This document shows, piece after piece, positions 9,243 through 19,103 of a DNA stretch of 64,000 nt (position 1 is its first letter; each line of letters starts with the position of its first letter). Location: positions 6,176 through 70,175 of the forward strand of contig NZ_JAYRGM010000009.1 in NCBI RefSeq assembly GCF_041907885.1, read 5' to 3'. Position numbers and translations under genes: made by a program. This DNA comes from Desulfovibrio sp. Lineage in GTDB: Bacteria; Desulfobacterota; Desulfovibrionia; Desulfovibrionales; Desulfovibrionaceae. The notes under the pieces are model-generated. The model ran no database searches and was not told the origin of the DNA. It saw nothing but the letters and a program-made list of their open reading frames with translations.

Positions 9243-10160
9243 TTAGCCGCCGATAAGCTGCATGGCCATCTTGGGCATGCTGTTGGCCTGCGAGAGCATG
9301 GCCACAGACGACTGGGTGAGGATCTGGTTGCGGACAAACTTCGTCATTTCCGTGGCCACGTCCACGTCGGAAATACGAGATTCAGCCGCCTGCAAGTTCT
9401 CGGCCTGGGTAGTCAGGTTGGAAACGGTGTTTTCCAGCCTGTTTTGCAGAGCACCCAGATGTGCGCGGATCTTGTCCTTGGAAACCACGGCGTTGGTCAC
9501 AGCCACAAGTGCCTTCTGAGCGGCATCCTGTGTGGAGATGGTCGATCCGTCGCGCATTTGGCCGTCGGCACCGACAGACTGGTTACCCACACCCAGGGCC
9601 GAAGCGGTGCTCGTGCCGATCTGGATGTAGTAGTAATCTTCTGCCGAGTCGTTGGCGGTGCCAAAGTGGATCTTCATCTTGCCTGTGGAGGTAAGTCCAT
9701 CAGGCGTGCCTTCACCAGTACCCGTGTGGGTGTTGCTGGACAGATTGCCGTCCAGCAGATGGATTCCGTTGAAGTCCGTGGCATTGGCGATTCGGGTAAT
9801 TTCCGAAGCCATGGCCTGGTACTCCGACTCGATCATCAGACGCTGGGTGGAATCGTACGTGCCGGTGGCAGCCTGTTCGGCCAGTTCCTTCATGCGGGTC
9901 AGCTTTTCGTCGATGATGCCCAGGGCGCCGTCGGCAGTCTGAAGAAGGGAAATGGCGTCGTTGGCATTACGCACACCCTGCTGCAAGGCAGTGATGTCGG
10001 TACGCATCAATTCGCGGATGGCGAGACCTGCGGCGTCGTCAGCCGCAGAATTGACGCGCAGACCTGTGGACAGACGCTCGGTAGAGGTCTTCAGATCGCC
10101 GTAATGCGAGGTCAGGTTGTTGGCAACGTTGGTAGCCATTGAGTTGTTATTAATATACAT
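9243..10160 (-). CDS. flagellin (short type, about 305 aa)
   Basis: MYINNNSMATNVANNL...RLSTGLRVNSAADDAAGLAI N-domain and C-terminal QILTQSSVAMLSQANSMP. Confidence 0.93.
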   Translation of the reverse strand: MYINNNSMATNVANNLTSHYGDLKTSTERLSTGLRVNSAADDAAGLAIRELMRTDITALQQGVRNANDAISLLQTADGALGIIDEKLTRMKELAEQAATGTYDSTQRLMIESEYQAMASEITRIANATDFNGIHLLDGNLSSNTHTGTGEGTPDGLTSTGKMKIHFGTANDSAEDYYYIQIGTSTASALGVGNQSVGADGQMRDGSTISTQDAAQKALVAVTNAVVSKDKIRAHLGALQNRLENTVSNLTTQAENLQAAESRISDVDVATEMTKFVRNQILTQSSVAMLSQANSMPKMAMQLIGG

Positions 10161-10162
10161 GA

Positions 10163-10225
10163 CATTCCTCCATGAATGTTCTGTCTGCCCGGTGGCGCAC
10201 TATGCGCGCCCGCTTCCATGCGGGC
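10163..10225 (-). promoter_or_regulatory. flagellin 1 leader with two candidate CsrA sites (GGA in a hairpin loop, plus GGA overlapping the SD)
   Basis: Minus strand: GCCCGC-AUGGAA-GCGGGC hairpin (10208-10225) and CAUUCAUGGAGGAAUG (10163-10178) immediately before the ATG. Confidence 0.35.
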
Positions 10226-10724
10226 TGCCACCGTTCATCCCGCAATAAATTGCGGGGAAAAAGTTTTCCGAAACCGGCCATCTCCGGCAGGGCCGAGTCT
10301 GGCTGTAGCCCTAAACAACAGGCGCTTTTGCTCATCTGATTCGTGGCTTCAGAGGGGCAATATTTGCCTGAAAACCTGCACTGCGTTTACAGCAGGATTC
10401 ATGCCAGAAATTGAGGTCTGTTGTGTCAAGATACTGGCAACAGCAGGGTCAAGGGCGGACAGTCAAAAGGCGTGGCGGTGAGTCTGAAAAAAAATATACA
10501 GATATCTATATGATACGGGGTCGTTGCCGTGAGCGCACGGCAAAAAAAATCCGCATGCCCCCAAAAATAACGAGCTGTGCGGATCTGCCCGCCGATGCAG
10601 GTCAAAGCGCGCGTAGTGAAGATGCCCTGATTTTGGGGCAGACTGGGGAGTGTGCCTGGGGAAGAATGAAGGCGGAGTGGTTTGATGGGGCAGCATTTGC
10701 CCACAAGGCATTTGCGCCAGGGCA

Positions 10725-10755
10725 TAAAAAAAGCCGAACCGCGAACGGCTCGGCT
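10725..10755 (-). terminator. intrinsic terminator after flagellin 2
   Basis: Minus strand: AGCCGAGCCG-uucg-CGGUUCGGCU (one mismatch) followed by a T-run of 7. Confidence 0.75.
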
Positions 10756-10845
10756 TTTCATAAAAGCTTGTTGTTATGGCCTTAAGGCTCTCCCCAGCCT
10801 CGCGGCCAGTTAGGGGCTGTTGCCCTCCACCACCTGGTTTTACCG

Positions 10846-11748
10846 CTAGCCAGAAATCAGCGACATGGCCATTCTGGACATGCTGTTGGCCTGCGAAAGC
10901 ATGGCCACCGAAGACTGCGTGAGAATCTGGTTGCGAACAAACTTGGTCATTTCAGTGGCAACGTCCACATCGGAAATGCGCGATTCTGCCGCCTGAAGGT
11001 TCTCTGTCTGCGTGCTCAGGTTAGAGATGGTGTTTTCCAGCCGGTTCTGCAACGCGCCCAGATGTGCTCGAATCTTGTCCTTGGAAATAACGGCATTGTT
11101 AATGGCCACCAAGGCCTTTTGCGCCGCATCCTGGGTAGAAACGGTGAGCCCGTCGGTTCCCACAGCCTGGTTGCCCACACCAAGGGCCGAAGCTGTGCTC
11201 GTGCCGATCTTGATGTAGTAGTAGTCTTCGGCAGAGTCGTTGGCGGTGCCAAAGTGTACCATGAGCTTGCCGGTAGAGGAAAGACCCTCAGGCGTACCTT
11301 CACCAGTACCCGTGTGGGTGTCACTGGACAGATTGCCGTCCAGCAGATGGATGCCGTTGTAGTCTGTGGCGTTGGCGATTCGGGTAATTTCCGAGGCCAT
11401 GGCCTGGTACTCCGACTCGATCATCAGACGCTGGGTGGAATCGTACGTGCCGGTGGCGGCCTGTTCTGCCAGTTCCTTCATACGGGTCAGCTTTTCGTCG
11501 ATGATGCCCAGGGCGCCGTCGGCAGTCTGAATGAGGGAAATAGCGTCGTTGGCGTTACGCACGCCCTGTTGCAGGGCGGCGATATCGGTACGCATGAGTT
11601 CGCGAATGGCCAGACCGGCGGCATCGTCCGCAGCGGAATTGATGCGCAGACCCGAAGAAAGTCGCGAGGTAGAGGTTTTCAGATCGTTGTAATGCGTGGT
11701 CAGATTGTTGGCCACTTCAGAGGCCATCGAATTATTATTGATATACAT
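10846..11748 (-). CDS. flagellin paralog (about 300 aa)
   Basis: About 88% identical to the 9243-10160 product by eye. Start placed at MYINNNS (11748) because GGAGGAA lies just upstream; the track start at 11760 sits inside that SD. Confidence 0.93.
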   Translation of the reverse strand: MYINNNSMASEVANNLTTHYNDLKTSTSRLSSGLRINSAADDAAGLAIRELMRTDIAALQQGVRNANDAISLIQTADGALGIIDEKLTRMKELAEQAATGTYDSTQRLMIESEYQAMASEITRIANATDYNGIHLLDGNLSSDTHTGTGEGTPEGLSSTGKLMVHFGTANDSAEDYYYIKIGTSTASALGVGNQAVGTDGLTVSTQDAAQKALVAINNAVISKDKIRAHLGALQNRLENTISNLSTQTENLQAAESRISDVDVATEMTKFVRNQILTQSSVAMLSQANSMSRMAMSLISG

Positions 11749-11750
11749 AC

Positions 11751-11808
11751 ATTCCTCCATGAATGCTGTATGTCACGGGTGGCGCGAAATGCCGACGCGT
11801 CCTTGCGT
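11751..11808 (-). promoter_or_regulatory. flagellin 2 leader with two candidate CsrA sites
   Basis: Same CAUUCAUGGAGGAAUG SD block as flagellin 1, plus an upstream ACGC-AAGGAC-GCGU mini-hairpin (11795-11808). Confidence 0.3.
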
Positions 11809-11828
11809 GCTACCACCTTTTGTCTATT

Positions 11829-11855
11829 TAATCGGCGCGTGCGCCAAAAGTATTA
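11829..11855 (-). promoter_or_regulatory. candidate sigma-28 (FliA) promoter of flagellin 2
   Basis: Minus strand TAATACTT-N11-GCCGATTA versus consensus TAAAGTTT-N11-GCCGATAA, with exact spacing, about 80 nt upstream of the ATG. Confidence 0.5.
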
Positions 11856-12140
11856 GGGGTCGGCGCAAAAATGCTGGCTTGAGAATATTCTCGTAATATG
11901 CTGAATATAAAAATTTTTTTGGGAATACGGTTTTGAAGATCTGAAATAAAGGGGAATTTTTTTCCGCCTCCTTGCCGGGGCGGCAGCAAAATTTGCCGGG
12001 CGCATGCGGAACAGCCGTATGCCCATAGGTTTTGCATCGACTCTGGCCAAGGTGGGAGAATGGCCAAGTGGAGCAGATGTGCTGTGGCACTGGCCTGGGG
12101 CACTGGCCTGGGGCACAGGTCTGGATCACTGGTTTGCGGC

Positions 12141-12178
12141 AAAAAAGAAGGCGGCGGGCGTAGGCAACGCCCGCCGCC
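12141..12178 (-). terminator. intrinsic terminator after gap
   Basis: GCGGCGGGCG-loop-CGCCCGCCGC followed on the minus strand by CTTCTTTTTT. Confidence 0.8.
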
Positions 12179-12229
12179 ATTGCGGCAATCAGTCTCTGCC
12201 GTGGCAGGCCTGATTCGGAACAGATATTT

Positions 12230-13231
12230 TTAGCAGTCCTTGCCCACCATGTGCAGCAGGCGCAGCAACTGGTTGGTAAAGCCGGATTCGTTGTCGTACC
12301 AGATGAGCAGCTTGACCATGGTGCCGTCAAGCACCTGGGTGGAAAGCGCGTCTACCACGCCGCCGTGGGTGCTGCCCTTGTAGTCGATGGACACCAGCGG
12401 TTCTTCAGAAAAGCCCATGTTGGCGGCCAGCGCGCCCTTGCTGGCGGCCTGAAGGGCCGCGTTGACAGCGGCGGCATCACAGGATTTTTCCACTTCGCAG
12501 GTCAGGTCTACCAGCGAGCAGTCAAAGGTGGGTACACGCACCGACATGCCGTTGAGCTTGCCTGCCAGTTCGGGCATCACCTGGCCCACGGCCTTGGCCG
12601 CGCCGGTGCTGGAGGGAACCATGGAAACGGCAGCCGCACGGCCGCGACGCCAGTCCTTGTGGGTTCCGTCCAGAATGCGCTGGCTCATGGTGTAGGAGTG
12701 GATGGTGGTCATGAGCCCGTGGCGGAAACCAAAGGTTTCGTGCAGCACCTTGACGGCAGGGGCCAGACAGTTGGTGGTACACGATGCGGCAGAAATGATG
12801 TTGTGCTTGGCACCGTCATAGATGTGGTCGTTTACGCCCATAACAATCATGGCGTCCACATCCTTGCCGGGTGCAGAGATAACAACCTTCTTGGCTCCAC
12901 AGGCCAGGTGCTGGGCAAGCCCTTCCGCGTCCTTGATGGTGCCGGTGGTTTCCACGGCAAGCGTTACGCCCAGGCGTGCCCATTCCCATTCGCCCGCCTT
13001 GCAGCGGGTAACGGCGATGTGGCGGCCATTGACGATGATGCCGTTCTCATCGTGATCAACCGTGCCCTGAAAGGTTCCGTAAGTGGAATCATACTTGAAA
13101 AGGTAAGCCAGTGCGGCATTGTCCGCACGTGCGTTGATGGCGGCGATCTGGATGTCTTGATTGTCGGCCATAAGACGCAGCAGATAGCGGCCGATACGGC
13201 CAAAGCCGTTCATTCCAACTTTCACGGGCAT
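12230..13231 (-). CDS. gap: glyceraldehyde-3-phosphate dehydrogenase, type I
   Basis: MPVKVGMNGFGRIGRYLLR, SCTTNCLAP active site, WYDNESGF. Confidence 0.95.
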   Translation of the reverse strand: MPVKVGMNGFGRIGRYLLRLMADNQDIQIAAINARADNAALAYLFKYDSTYGTFQGTVDHDENGIIVNGRHIAVTRCKAGEWEWARLGVTLAVETTGTIKDAEGLAQHLACGAKKVVISAPGKDVDAMIVMGVNDHIYDGAKHNIISAASCTTNCLAPAVKVLHETFGFRHGLMTTIHSYTMSQRILDGTHKDWRRGRAAAVSMVPSSTGAAKAVGQVMPELAGKLNGMSVRVPTFDCSLVDLTCEVEKSCDAAAVNAALQAASKGALAANMGFSEEPLVSIDYKGSTHGGVVDALSTQVLDGTMVKLLIWYDNESGFTNQLLRLLHMVGKDC

Positions 13232-13257
13232 GATTCGCGCTCCTTGGGGCGTAGGGA

Positions 13258-14184
13258 TTAGGCTTTATTTGAAGATCCCATGACATTGCGGATCTTGTGG
13301 GCCACCATGTTTTTGACGGCATCGCGTGCGGGGGTGAGGTAGGCGCGCGGGTCAAACTGCTCTGGGTGTTCGGCCAGATTCTGACGGATGGAAGCGGTAA
13401 CGGCCAGACGAATGTCCGTATCCACGTTGATCTTGCACACGCCCATGCCTGCGGCCTGGCGCAGCATGTCTTCGGGCACGCCCTTGGCGCCGCCCACTTG
13501 ACCGCCAAACTGGTTGCACTGGCTCACAAATTCCTGCGGAACGCTGGAAGCGCCGTGCAGCACCAGGGGATAGCCCGGCAGCTTGTCGCCAATGCGGGCC
13601 AGACGGTCAAAATCAAGCTTTGCTTCGCCCTTGAACTTGTAGGCTCCGTGGCTTGTGCCAATGGCAACGGCCAGAGAGTCGCAGCCCGTGCGGTTCACAA
13701 ATTCCACAGCTTCGTCGGGGTCGGTGTACACGTGCTCGGCAGACTGCACGTGTTCTTCAATGCCCGCCAGTTTGCCCAGTTCGGCTTCAACCCACACACC
13801 TCTGGGGTGGGCATAGTCCACAACCTGCTTGGTCAGGGCAATGTTTTCTTCAAACGACAGATGCGAGCCGTCGATCATCACCGAGGTAAAGCCGCCGTCG
13901 ATGCAGTCGCGGCACATTTCAAAGCTGGGGCCGTGGTCGAGATGCACCACCACGGGGATGGAAGGGTCGAGCGCCAAGGCGGCTTCCACCAGTTTCATAA
14001 TGTACACCTGGCCGGCATACTTTCGTGCGCCCGAAGAAACCTGAAGAATAACAGGAGATTTTTCCTCGGAGGCCGCACTCATGATGCCCTGGATGATCTC
14101 CATGTTGTTGACGTTGAAAGCGCCAATGGCATACCCGCCGGTATAGGCGGCAGCGAACATTTCTTTGGGATTGATAAGAGGCAT
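13258..14184 (-). CDS. fba: fructose-bisphosphate aldolase, class II
   Basis: MPLINPKEMFAAAYTGGYAIGAFNVNN, VVHLDHG, LVLHGASS. Start at 14184 with a GGAGGA SD; the track ORF is an upstream extension. Confidence 0.9.
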   Translation of the reverse strand: MPLINPKEMFAAAYTGGYAIGAFNVNNMEIIQGIMSAASEEKSPVILQVSSGARKYAGQVYIMKLVEAALALDPSIPVVVHLDHGPSFEMCRDCIDGGFTSVMIDGSHLSFEENIALTKQVVDYAHPRGVWVEAELGKLAGIEEHVQSAEHVYTDPDEAVEFVNRTGCDSLAVAIGTSHGAYKFKGEAKLDFDRLARIGDKLPGYPLVLHGASSVPQEFVSQCNQFGGQVGGAKGVPEDMLRQAAGMGVCKINVDTDIRLAVTASIRQNLAEHPEQFDPRAYLTPARDAVKNMVAHKIRNVMGSSNKA

Positions 14185-14466
14185 GGTTTCCTCCAGAGGG
14201 GTCTGGCAGTGAGGGCGGTTAAAAAAGCCGTGTCGCCCGAAAAGACTCGTTTGCACATACACCAAATTGCCACAAAGGGGAATGCCTGCCGCCCGATTGG
14301 GGGCAGACTTTCCTCTGTTGCTGGCGTGCGGTGGCGGGCAGGCACTGCAAATGCATTTGCCCTGCGCGCCTGTAGCGCACAAGCGGCGGCAGCGTCAAGG
14401 GGGCGTTGCCGTTCCTTTATTTTTTCGGCGGGTTGCGCTGGCGGCAGATGTATATCTTGCCTGCTC

Positions 14467-15228
14467 TTACCCCAGGCGCATGCCCGCCAGCGCGCTGAGC
14501 CCCGCCGCGTCGGTAAAGTCAAAGCGCAGCGGGGTAAGGGTAATATAGCCCCGGTTGAGCAGGTCTTTGTCCGAATCTGGCTCGATGGTTTCGGGCGGAA
14601 TTTCGCCCTCAAGCCACCAGTAGGGCGCACCGCGCGGGTCGAGGCGCTCGCTGTAGGTATTTACCCACACGGCGCTGGTCTGGGGGCAGACGCGCAGGCC
14701 TTTGGCCTCCTCCAGCGGGCAGGCCGGATAGTTGACGTTGAGCACGCGGCGGCGGCCCAGCTGCGACCAGTCTATGCGCTCTGCCAGGGCCACCAGATGC
14801 CGGGCCTGGGGCATCAGATCGCCATTTTTTACCTTGTAGCAGTCGTGCGAAACGGCAATGCTTGGCAGATCTTCGTGCGCTGCCTCGGTGGCAGCACCCA
14901 CAGTGCCTGAATAGAGAATGTCCGGTCCAACATTGGGGCCGGCATTGATGCCGGAAATAATCATGTCGGGTTTGCGGGGCAGCAGCTGGCCCAGGGCCAG
15001 TTTGACGCAGTCAGTGGGTGTGCCGTAAATACCAAGGCCCTTGAAATCGGGCTCTTCAAATTCCATGGCCCGTACCGGCTCGAATACGGTCAGCGAGTGG
15101 CCCACGCCCGATTGCTGGCTCATGGGCGCAACAACATGCACCGTGTGGCCCGCTTCAAGCAGCGCCGCGTAGAGTGCGCGCAGCCCGCGCGCCCGGATGC
15201 CGTCGTCGTTGGTCAACAGAACGTCCAT
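14467..15228 (-). CDS. surE: 5'/3'-nucleotidase SurE
   Basis: MDVLLTNDDGIRARGLRAL..., GINAGPNVG, YSGTVGAA. Confidence 0.92.
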   Translation of the reverse strand: MDVLLTNDDGIRARGLRALYAALLEAGHTVHVVAPMSQQSGVGHSLTVFEPVRAMEFEEPDFKGLGIYGTPTDCVKLALGQLLPRKPDMIISGINAGPNVGPDILYSGTVGAATEAAHEDLPSIAVSHDCYKVKNGDLMPQARHLVALAERIDWSQLGRRRVLNVNYPACPLEEAKGLRVCPQTSAVWVNTYSERLDPRGAPYWWLEGEIPPETIEPDSDKDLLNRGYITLTPLRFDFTDAAGLSALAGMRLG

Positions 15229-15382
15229 TTGACAATACCTCGGAAAGAAGGGAAATTCGCCCTAAGGCCCGCGTGATTTCAGTGTTTGGCGCGGCCTGGC
15301 AATTCAGAATGTTCCGCGTCCGGGCATGCCCGTGCGGAAAACAGCATACGCCCGGCGCACAGGCGCGCCGCTGGAACAATAT

Positions 15383-16414
15383 ATGGAAAAAGGCTGTTAC
15401 GTCAAAGATATTGCCCCCGCTTCGGAGGCGCGCGGCATCTTCGTGGTTACCCAGGCGGCGCAGGGCCAGTCGCGCAACGGGCCGTACTGGCGGCTTACCC
15501 TGGCTGATGCCAGCGGCAGTGTGGAATCAAAGATATGGCATCCGCTGAGTGCCGAATTCAGCGAGATTGCGGCGGGTTCGCTGGTGTGGGCCGAGGGGCG
15601 CGCCGGTCTGTACCGCGATCAGGTGCAGCTGACGGTAGAGCAGATGCGGTTTCTGGATGAAGAAGAAAGCGCCAGCGTGGACCACGCGGCTCTCATGCCT
15701 GCCAGTCCGTATCCGCTGGATGACATGCTCGACGAGCTGCAAGAGCTCATCAAAAAGGAATTTGTACACGCGCCGTGGCGCAAGTTTGTGCAGGGCTTTT
15801 TTAACAACGACGAGATGCGCGCGGCCTTTCGCGTGTGCCCGGCGGCCAAGGGCGTACACCACGCCTACGTGGGCGGGCTGCTTGAGCATACGCTGAGTGT
15901 GTTTACGCTTTGCCGCCGCATTGCCGACCAGTATCCGCAACTTGACCGGCAGACCTTTCTTGCGGGAGCGTTGTTCCACGATATTGGCAAGATTCGCGAA
16001 TTTTCGGGCGGTATCGCCAACGACTATACCGATGAGGGCCGCCTGCTGGGGCACCTTATGCTGGGCATTGAAATGCTGGAGCCGTTTTTGGCCAAGTCCG
16101 GGCTGGAGGAGCCGTTGCAGCGGCATCTCAAGCACCTGATACTGAGCCACCATGGCGAGCTGGAGTTCGGCGCGGTGCGCGTGCCGCATACTCCCGAAGC
16201 CATGGCCCTGCACTATGCCGATAACCTGGACGCCAAGATGGCCCAGTGCCGTGGCCTGTTTGCCCAGATAGAGGGCGAGGGCGAAGCCTGGACACCGTGG
16301 CAGGCTACTCTGGGCCGCCCCGTACACCGGGCCGCGCGTACGCCAGACAAAGCCGCCCCCGCAACGCGCAAAAAAGCGGTGAAAGAAGAATGTTTATCAC
16401 TTTTGAAGGTATAG
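15383..16414 (+). CDS. OB-fold + HD-domain phosphohydrolase (YhaM-like 3'-5' exoribonuclease family)
   Basis: N-terminal OB-like region ([22 protein letters not shown]) and HD motif region ([24 protein letters not shown]). Start placed at MEKGCY. Confidence 0.7.
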   Translation: MEKGCYVKDIAPASEARGIFVVTQAAQGQSRNGPYWRLTLADASGSVESKIWHPLSAEFSEIAAGSLVWAEGRAGLYRDQVQLTVEQMRFLDEEESASVDHAALMPASPYPLDDMLDELQELIKKEFVHAPWRKFVQGFFNNDEMRAAFRVCPAAKGVHHAYVGGLLEHTLSVFTLCRRIADQYPQLDRQTFLAGALFHDIGKIREFSGGIANDYTDEGRLLGHLMLGIEMLEPFLAKSGLEEPLQRHLKHLILSHHGELEFGAVRVPHTPEAMALHYADNLDAKMAQCRGLFAQIEGEGEAWTPWQATLGRPVHRAARTPDKAAPATRKKAVKEECLSLLKV

Positions 16415-17043
16415 AAGGCGCGGGCAAGTCCACGGCCATCAACTATCTTGCGGGTTTTTTACAGGAGAACGGCCACGACCCCCTGTGTACACGTGAGCCG
16501 GGGGGCTGTGCGCTTGGGCGCAGCCTGCGCTCCATATTGCTCGATGCCCGCACGCGCGAGCTTTCAAGCCGGGCAGAGCTTTTTCTGTTTCTCGCAGACC
16601 GGGCGCAGCACGTGGCAGAGATCATACGGCCCGCGCTGGAAGCGGGGCAGCCCGTGCTGTGCGACCGTTACACCGATTCTACCCTTGCCTATCAGGGGCA
16701 CGGGCGCGGGCTGGATACGGAATATCTGCGCAGGCTCAATCAGGCGGCCACGGGTGGCTTGCAGCCCGATCTGACCCTGCTGCTCGACCTGCCTGTGCGC
16801 TGCGGGCTTATGCGGGCGGGCGAACGCAACCGGCAGGAAGGTCTGGTTGTTTCCGAAGGGCGCTTTGACGCCGAAAGCCTCGATTTTCATACACGGGTGC
16901 GTCAGGGCTACCGGGCGCTGGCCGAGGAAGAGCCGGAGCGCTTTGCCATTGTGGACGCTTCGCAGCCGCCGGAAGATGTTGTTTTGCAGTGCCGCTCTGC
17001 CATAGAGTCGCATTTGCGGCAGCGGGGCAGAGGGCTGGAATAG
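16390..17043 (+). CDS. tmk: thymidylate kinase
   Basis: [16 protein letters not shown]-loop at the canonical N-terminus, [12 protein letters not shown]. Overlaps the preceding gene by 25 nt. Confidence 0.92.
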   Translation: MFITFEGIEGAGKSTAINYLAGFLQENGHDPLCTREPGGCALGRSLRSILLDARTRELSSRAELFLFLADRAQHVAEIIRPALEAGQPVLCDRYTDSTLAYQGHGRGLDTEYLRRLNQAATGGLQPDLTLLLDLPVRCGLMRAGERNRQEGLVVSEGRFDAESLDFHTRVRQGYRALAEEEPERFAIVDASQPPEDVVLQCRSAIESHLRQRGRGLE

Positions 17044-17174
17044 TTTTTTGTTCAGGGGCAAGACCCGCAACCAGCTTTCGAAATACTGGCCGTGCTGGTT
17101 TTGCCCAACGTCCCGTTTTACCCACAGCCTGCCATGCAGGCTTTTGGCGCGGCATGCGCGCCCCAGGAGAGTTT

Positions 17175-17516
17175 ATGTACGAATGCTACACCATTGAAGT
17201 GGAAGGCGCTGGCCTGCGTTTTGGCCCCCGCAAGGACAGTGGCAAGGATCTGGCCTATCTGCCGGGGCAGCCGCCCAAGGGCTATACTCTGGTGAACCTC
17301 ATCGGCGACCCCGGTTTTCTGCACTGCGCCGTGTTTCGCAAGGACGGCGGGGCGGGCGGCTTTTTTGCCCTGCACGATACCGAGGGTGTGCTGTTCCTGG
17401 CCGTGGCCGAAAGCAACCTTGCCTACGGCATGGGCCTTGCGCACATGGGCCGCATGGTGACATATGCGCGCTATGGCGCAGACATTTTTGAAGAACTTGG
17501 CGACGGTGATGACTGA
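17175..17516 (+). CDS. hypothetical 113-aa acidic-tailed protein
   Basis: AGGAGA SD 4 nt upstream, strong GC3 bias. The stop overlaps the start of the next gene (ATGACTGA). Confidence 0.6.
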   Translation: MYECYTIEVEGAGLRFGPRKDSGKDLAYLPGQPPKGYTLVNLIGDPGFLHCAVFRKDGGAGGFFALHDTEGVLFLAVAESNLAYGMGLAHMGRMVTYARYGADIFEELGDGDD

Positions 17517-18879
17517 GACCCCGCTGCCGTCGCTGGTGGCGGCCCGCAGTCTTGGGGTGGTGTTTTTCCCCGCCTTTGACTGGGCCATCTCGGCCTCGCA
17601 TCCTGAGCGGGAAGAACGCCTGCTCTACACCCGCGACCAGCTGCTTGAAGAAGGCCTGTTCGACATCCCCGGCATCACCGAATACCGCCCTGCCTTTGCC
17701 ACCCATGCCCAGCTTGAGCGCGCGCACTTTTGCCTGCCCTCGGCTGCGGCGGTGAGCACCGACTCGCATCTGGCCTCGGCGGGCGGGGCCATCCGCGCCG
17801 CGCAACTGGTGCTTGAAGGGCGCGAACAGCGGGCCTTTGCCCTGGTGCGGCCCCCAGGGCACCACGCCATGCGCGTGGTTCACGGCAACCGGGGCTTCTG
17901 CAATATCAATAACGAAGCCGTGATGGTCGAATACATCCGCGACCACTACCCGCACCCGGATGGCCGCCCCCTGCGCATCGCCATTGTGGATACGGACGTA
18001 CACCACGGCGACGGCAGCCAGGATATTTTCTGGAACGACCCGCACACGCTGTTTATTTCGCTGCATCAGGACGGCCACACCCTGTACCCAGGATCCGGTT
18101 TCATGCCCGAATGCGGCGGGCCTGGCGCGTTGGGACGCACCATCAACATTCCCCTGCCGCCCGGAACCTCGGACGAAGGCTATCTGTACGCCATCGAGCA
18201 TGCCGTGCTGCCCATTCTGGAAGATTTCAGGCCCGACCTGATCATCAATTCCGCCGGGCAGGACAACCACTTTACCGACCCCCTGGCCAACATGAAGCTT
18301 TCGGCCCAGGGCTATGCGGCGCTCAATGCGGCCTTGCAGCCGCACATTGCGGTGCTTGAAGGCGGCTATTCCATACGGGGAGCCCTGCCCTACGTTAATC
18401 TGGGCATCTGCCTTGCGCTGGCGGGCATGGACGCCTCTGAAATCTGCGAACCGGGCTGGACGCCGGAAGCCACGCGTCAGCAGCCGCAGATCGGCGAATA
18501 CATTGCCAAGCTGTGCGGGCAGGTCAGGGATGTGTATTTTCATCCTCCGGCGCGGCCCACCGAGGGCGAGGAATCCAACGGCTGGTGGGTGCGCCGCAAG
18601 CATGTTTTTTATGATACCGACATGCTGCGCGAAGGGCAGACCGAGGCCTGGCGGCTGTGCGGCCAGTGCTCTGGCCTTGGGCGCATAGAAACCGCTTCCG
18701 AGCGGGTGGCGCGTTCGCTGTGTGTGCTGGTTCCGCGTCATGCCTGCCCGCAGTGCCGGGCAGAGGGAAGCGCACTGGCCGAACTGGCGCGCAAGAGCGG
18801 GCGCTACGCCCATGTGCTGGTGCTTGACGGCGACGACACCCGTGCGGGAACAGCTGAAAAAACAGCGCCCAGGTGTTGA
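17509..18879 (+). CDS. histone deacetylase / acetylpolyamine amidohydrolase family protein with a C-terminal Cys-rich (zinc-ribbon-like) extension
   Basis: RPPGHHA, DTDVHHGDGSQ and EGGY motifs. C-terminus has CGQC...CPQC. Confidence 0.85.
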   Translation: MTETPLPSLVAARSLGVVFFPAFDWAISASHPEREERLLYTRDQLLEEGLFDIPGITEYRPAFATHAQLERAHFCLPSAAAVSTDSHLASAGGAIRAAQLVLEGREQRAFALVRPPGHHAMRVVHGNRGFCNINNEAVMVEYIRDHYPHPDGRPLRIAIVDTDVHHGDGSQDIFWNDPHTLFISLHQDGHTLYPGSGFMPECGGPGALGRTINIPLPPGTSDEGYLYAIEHAVLPILEDFRPDLIINSAGQDNHFTDPLANMKLSAQGYAALNAALQPHIAVLEGGYSIRGALPYVNLGICLALAGMDASEICEPGWTPEATRQQPQIGEYIAKLCGQVRDVYFHPPARPTEGEESNGWWVRRKHVFYDTDMLREGQTEAWRLCGQCSGLGRIETASERVARSLCVLVPRHACPQCRAEGSALAELARKSGRYAHVLVLDGDDTRAGTAEKTAPRC

Positions 18880-19103
18880 GGTGACAGTTTTTATGCGCCT
18901 GCCTGTTGACGCCGGAACATTTACGGGCCATAAGGCCGATTCTGCGCGCGGCGTAACGGCTCTGTCACGCCACGCGGGCATTATTGCTGCCGGTGCGGCC
19001 ATGCGGCTACAGGCAGCACGGGGCCCTCTGGGCATTGTATGAAAATGGCGGCGCGGCCTTGCCGCGCAGTGGTATAGGACCTCTTCCATCACGGAGAAGG
19101 AAC

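Noticed and set aside
10340-10366. Sigma-28 promoter for flagellin copy 1 (CAAATATT-N11-GCCACGAA).
   Set aside because: It matches both elements only partially and implies a much longer leader than for copy 2. I kept it as a remark inside the flagellin finding and did not list it as a feature.
10400-10720. Possible gene or sRNA in the 685-bp spacer between the two flagellin genes, including the hairpin TTGCCGTG-agcg-CACGGCAA.
   Set aside because: The ORFs there have no coding signal. The hairpin is followed by an A-run on the + strand and preceded by the T-run on the - strand, so it is not a terminator in either direction.
12088-12117. Short tandem duplication GCACTGGCCTGGGG x2 downstream of gap.
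   Set aside because: It has only two copies, lies in non-coding DNA, and has no associated structure or gene.
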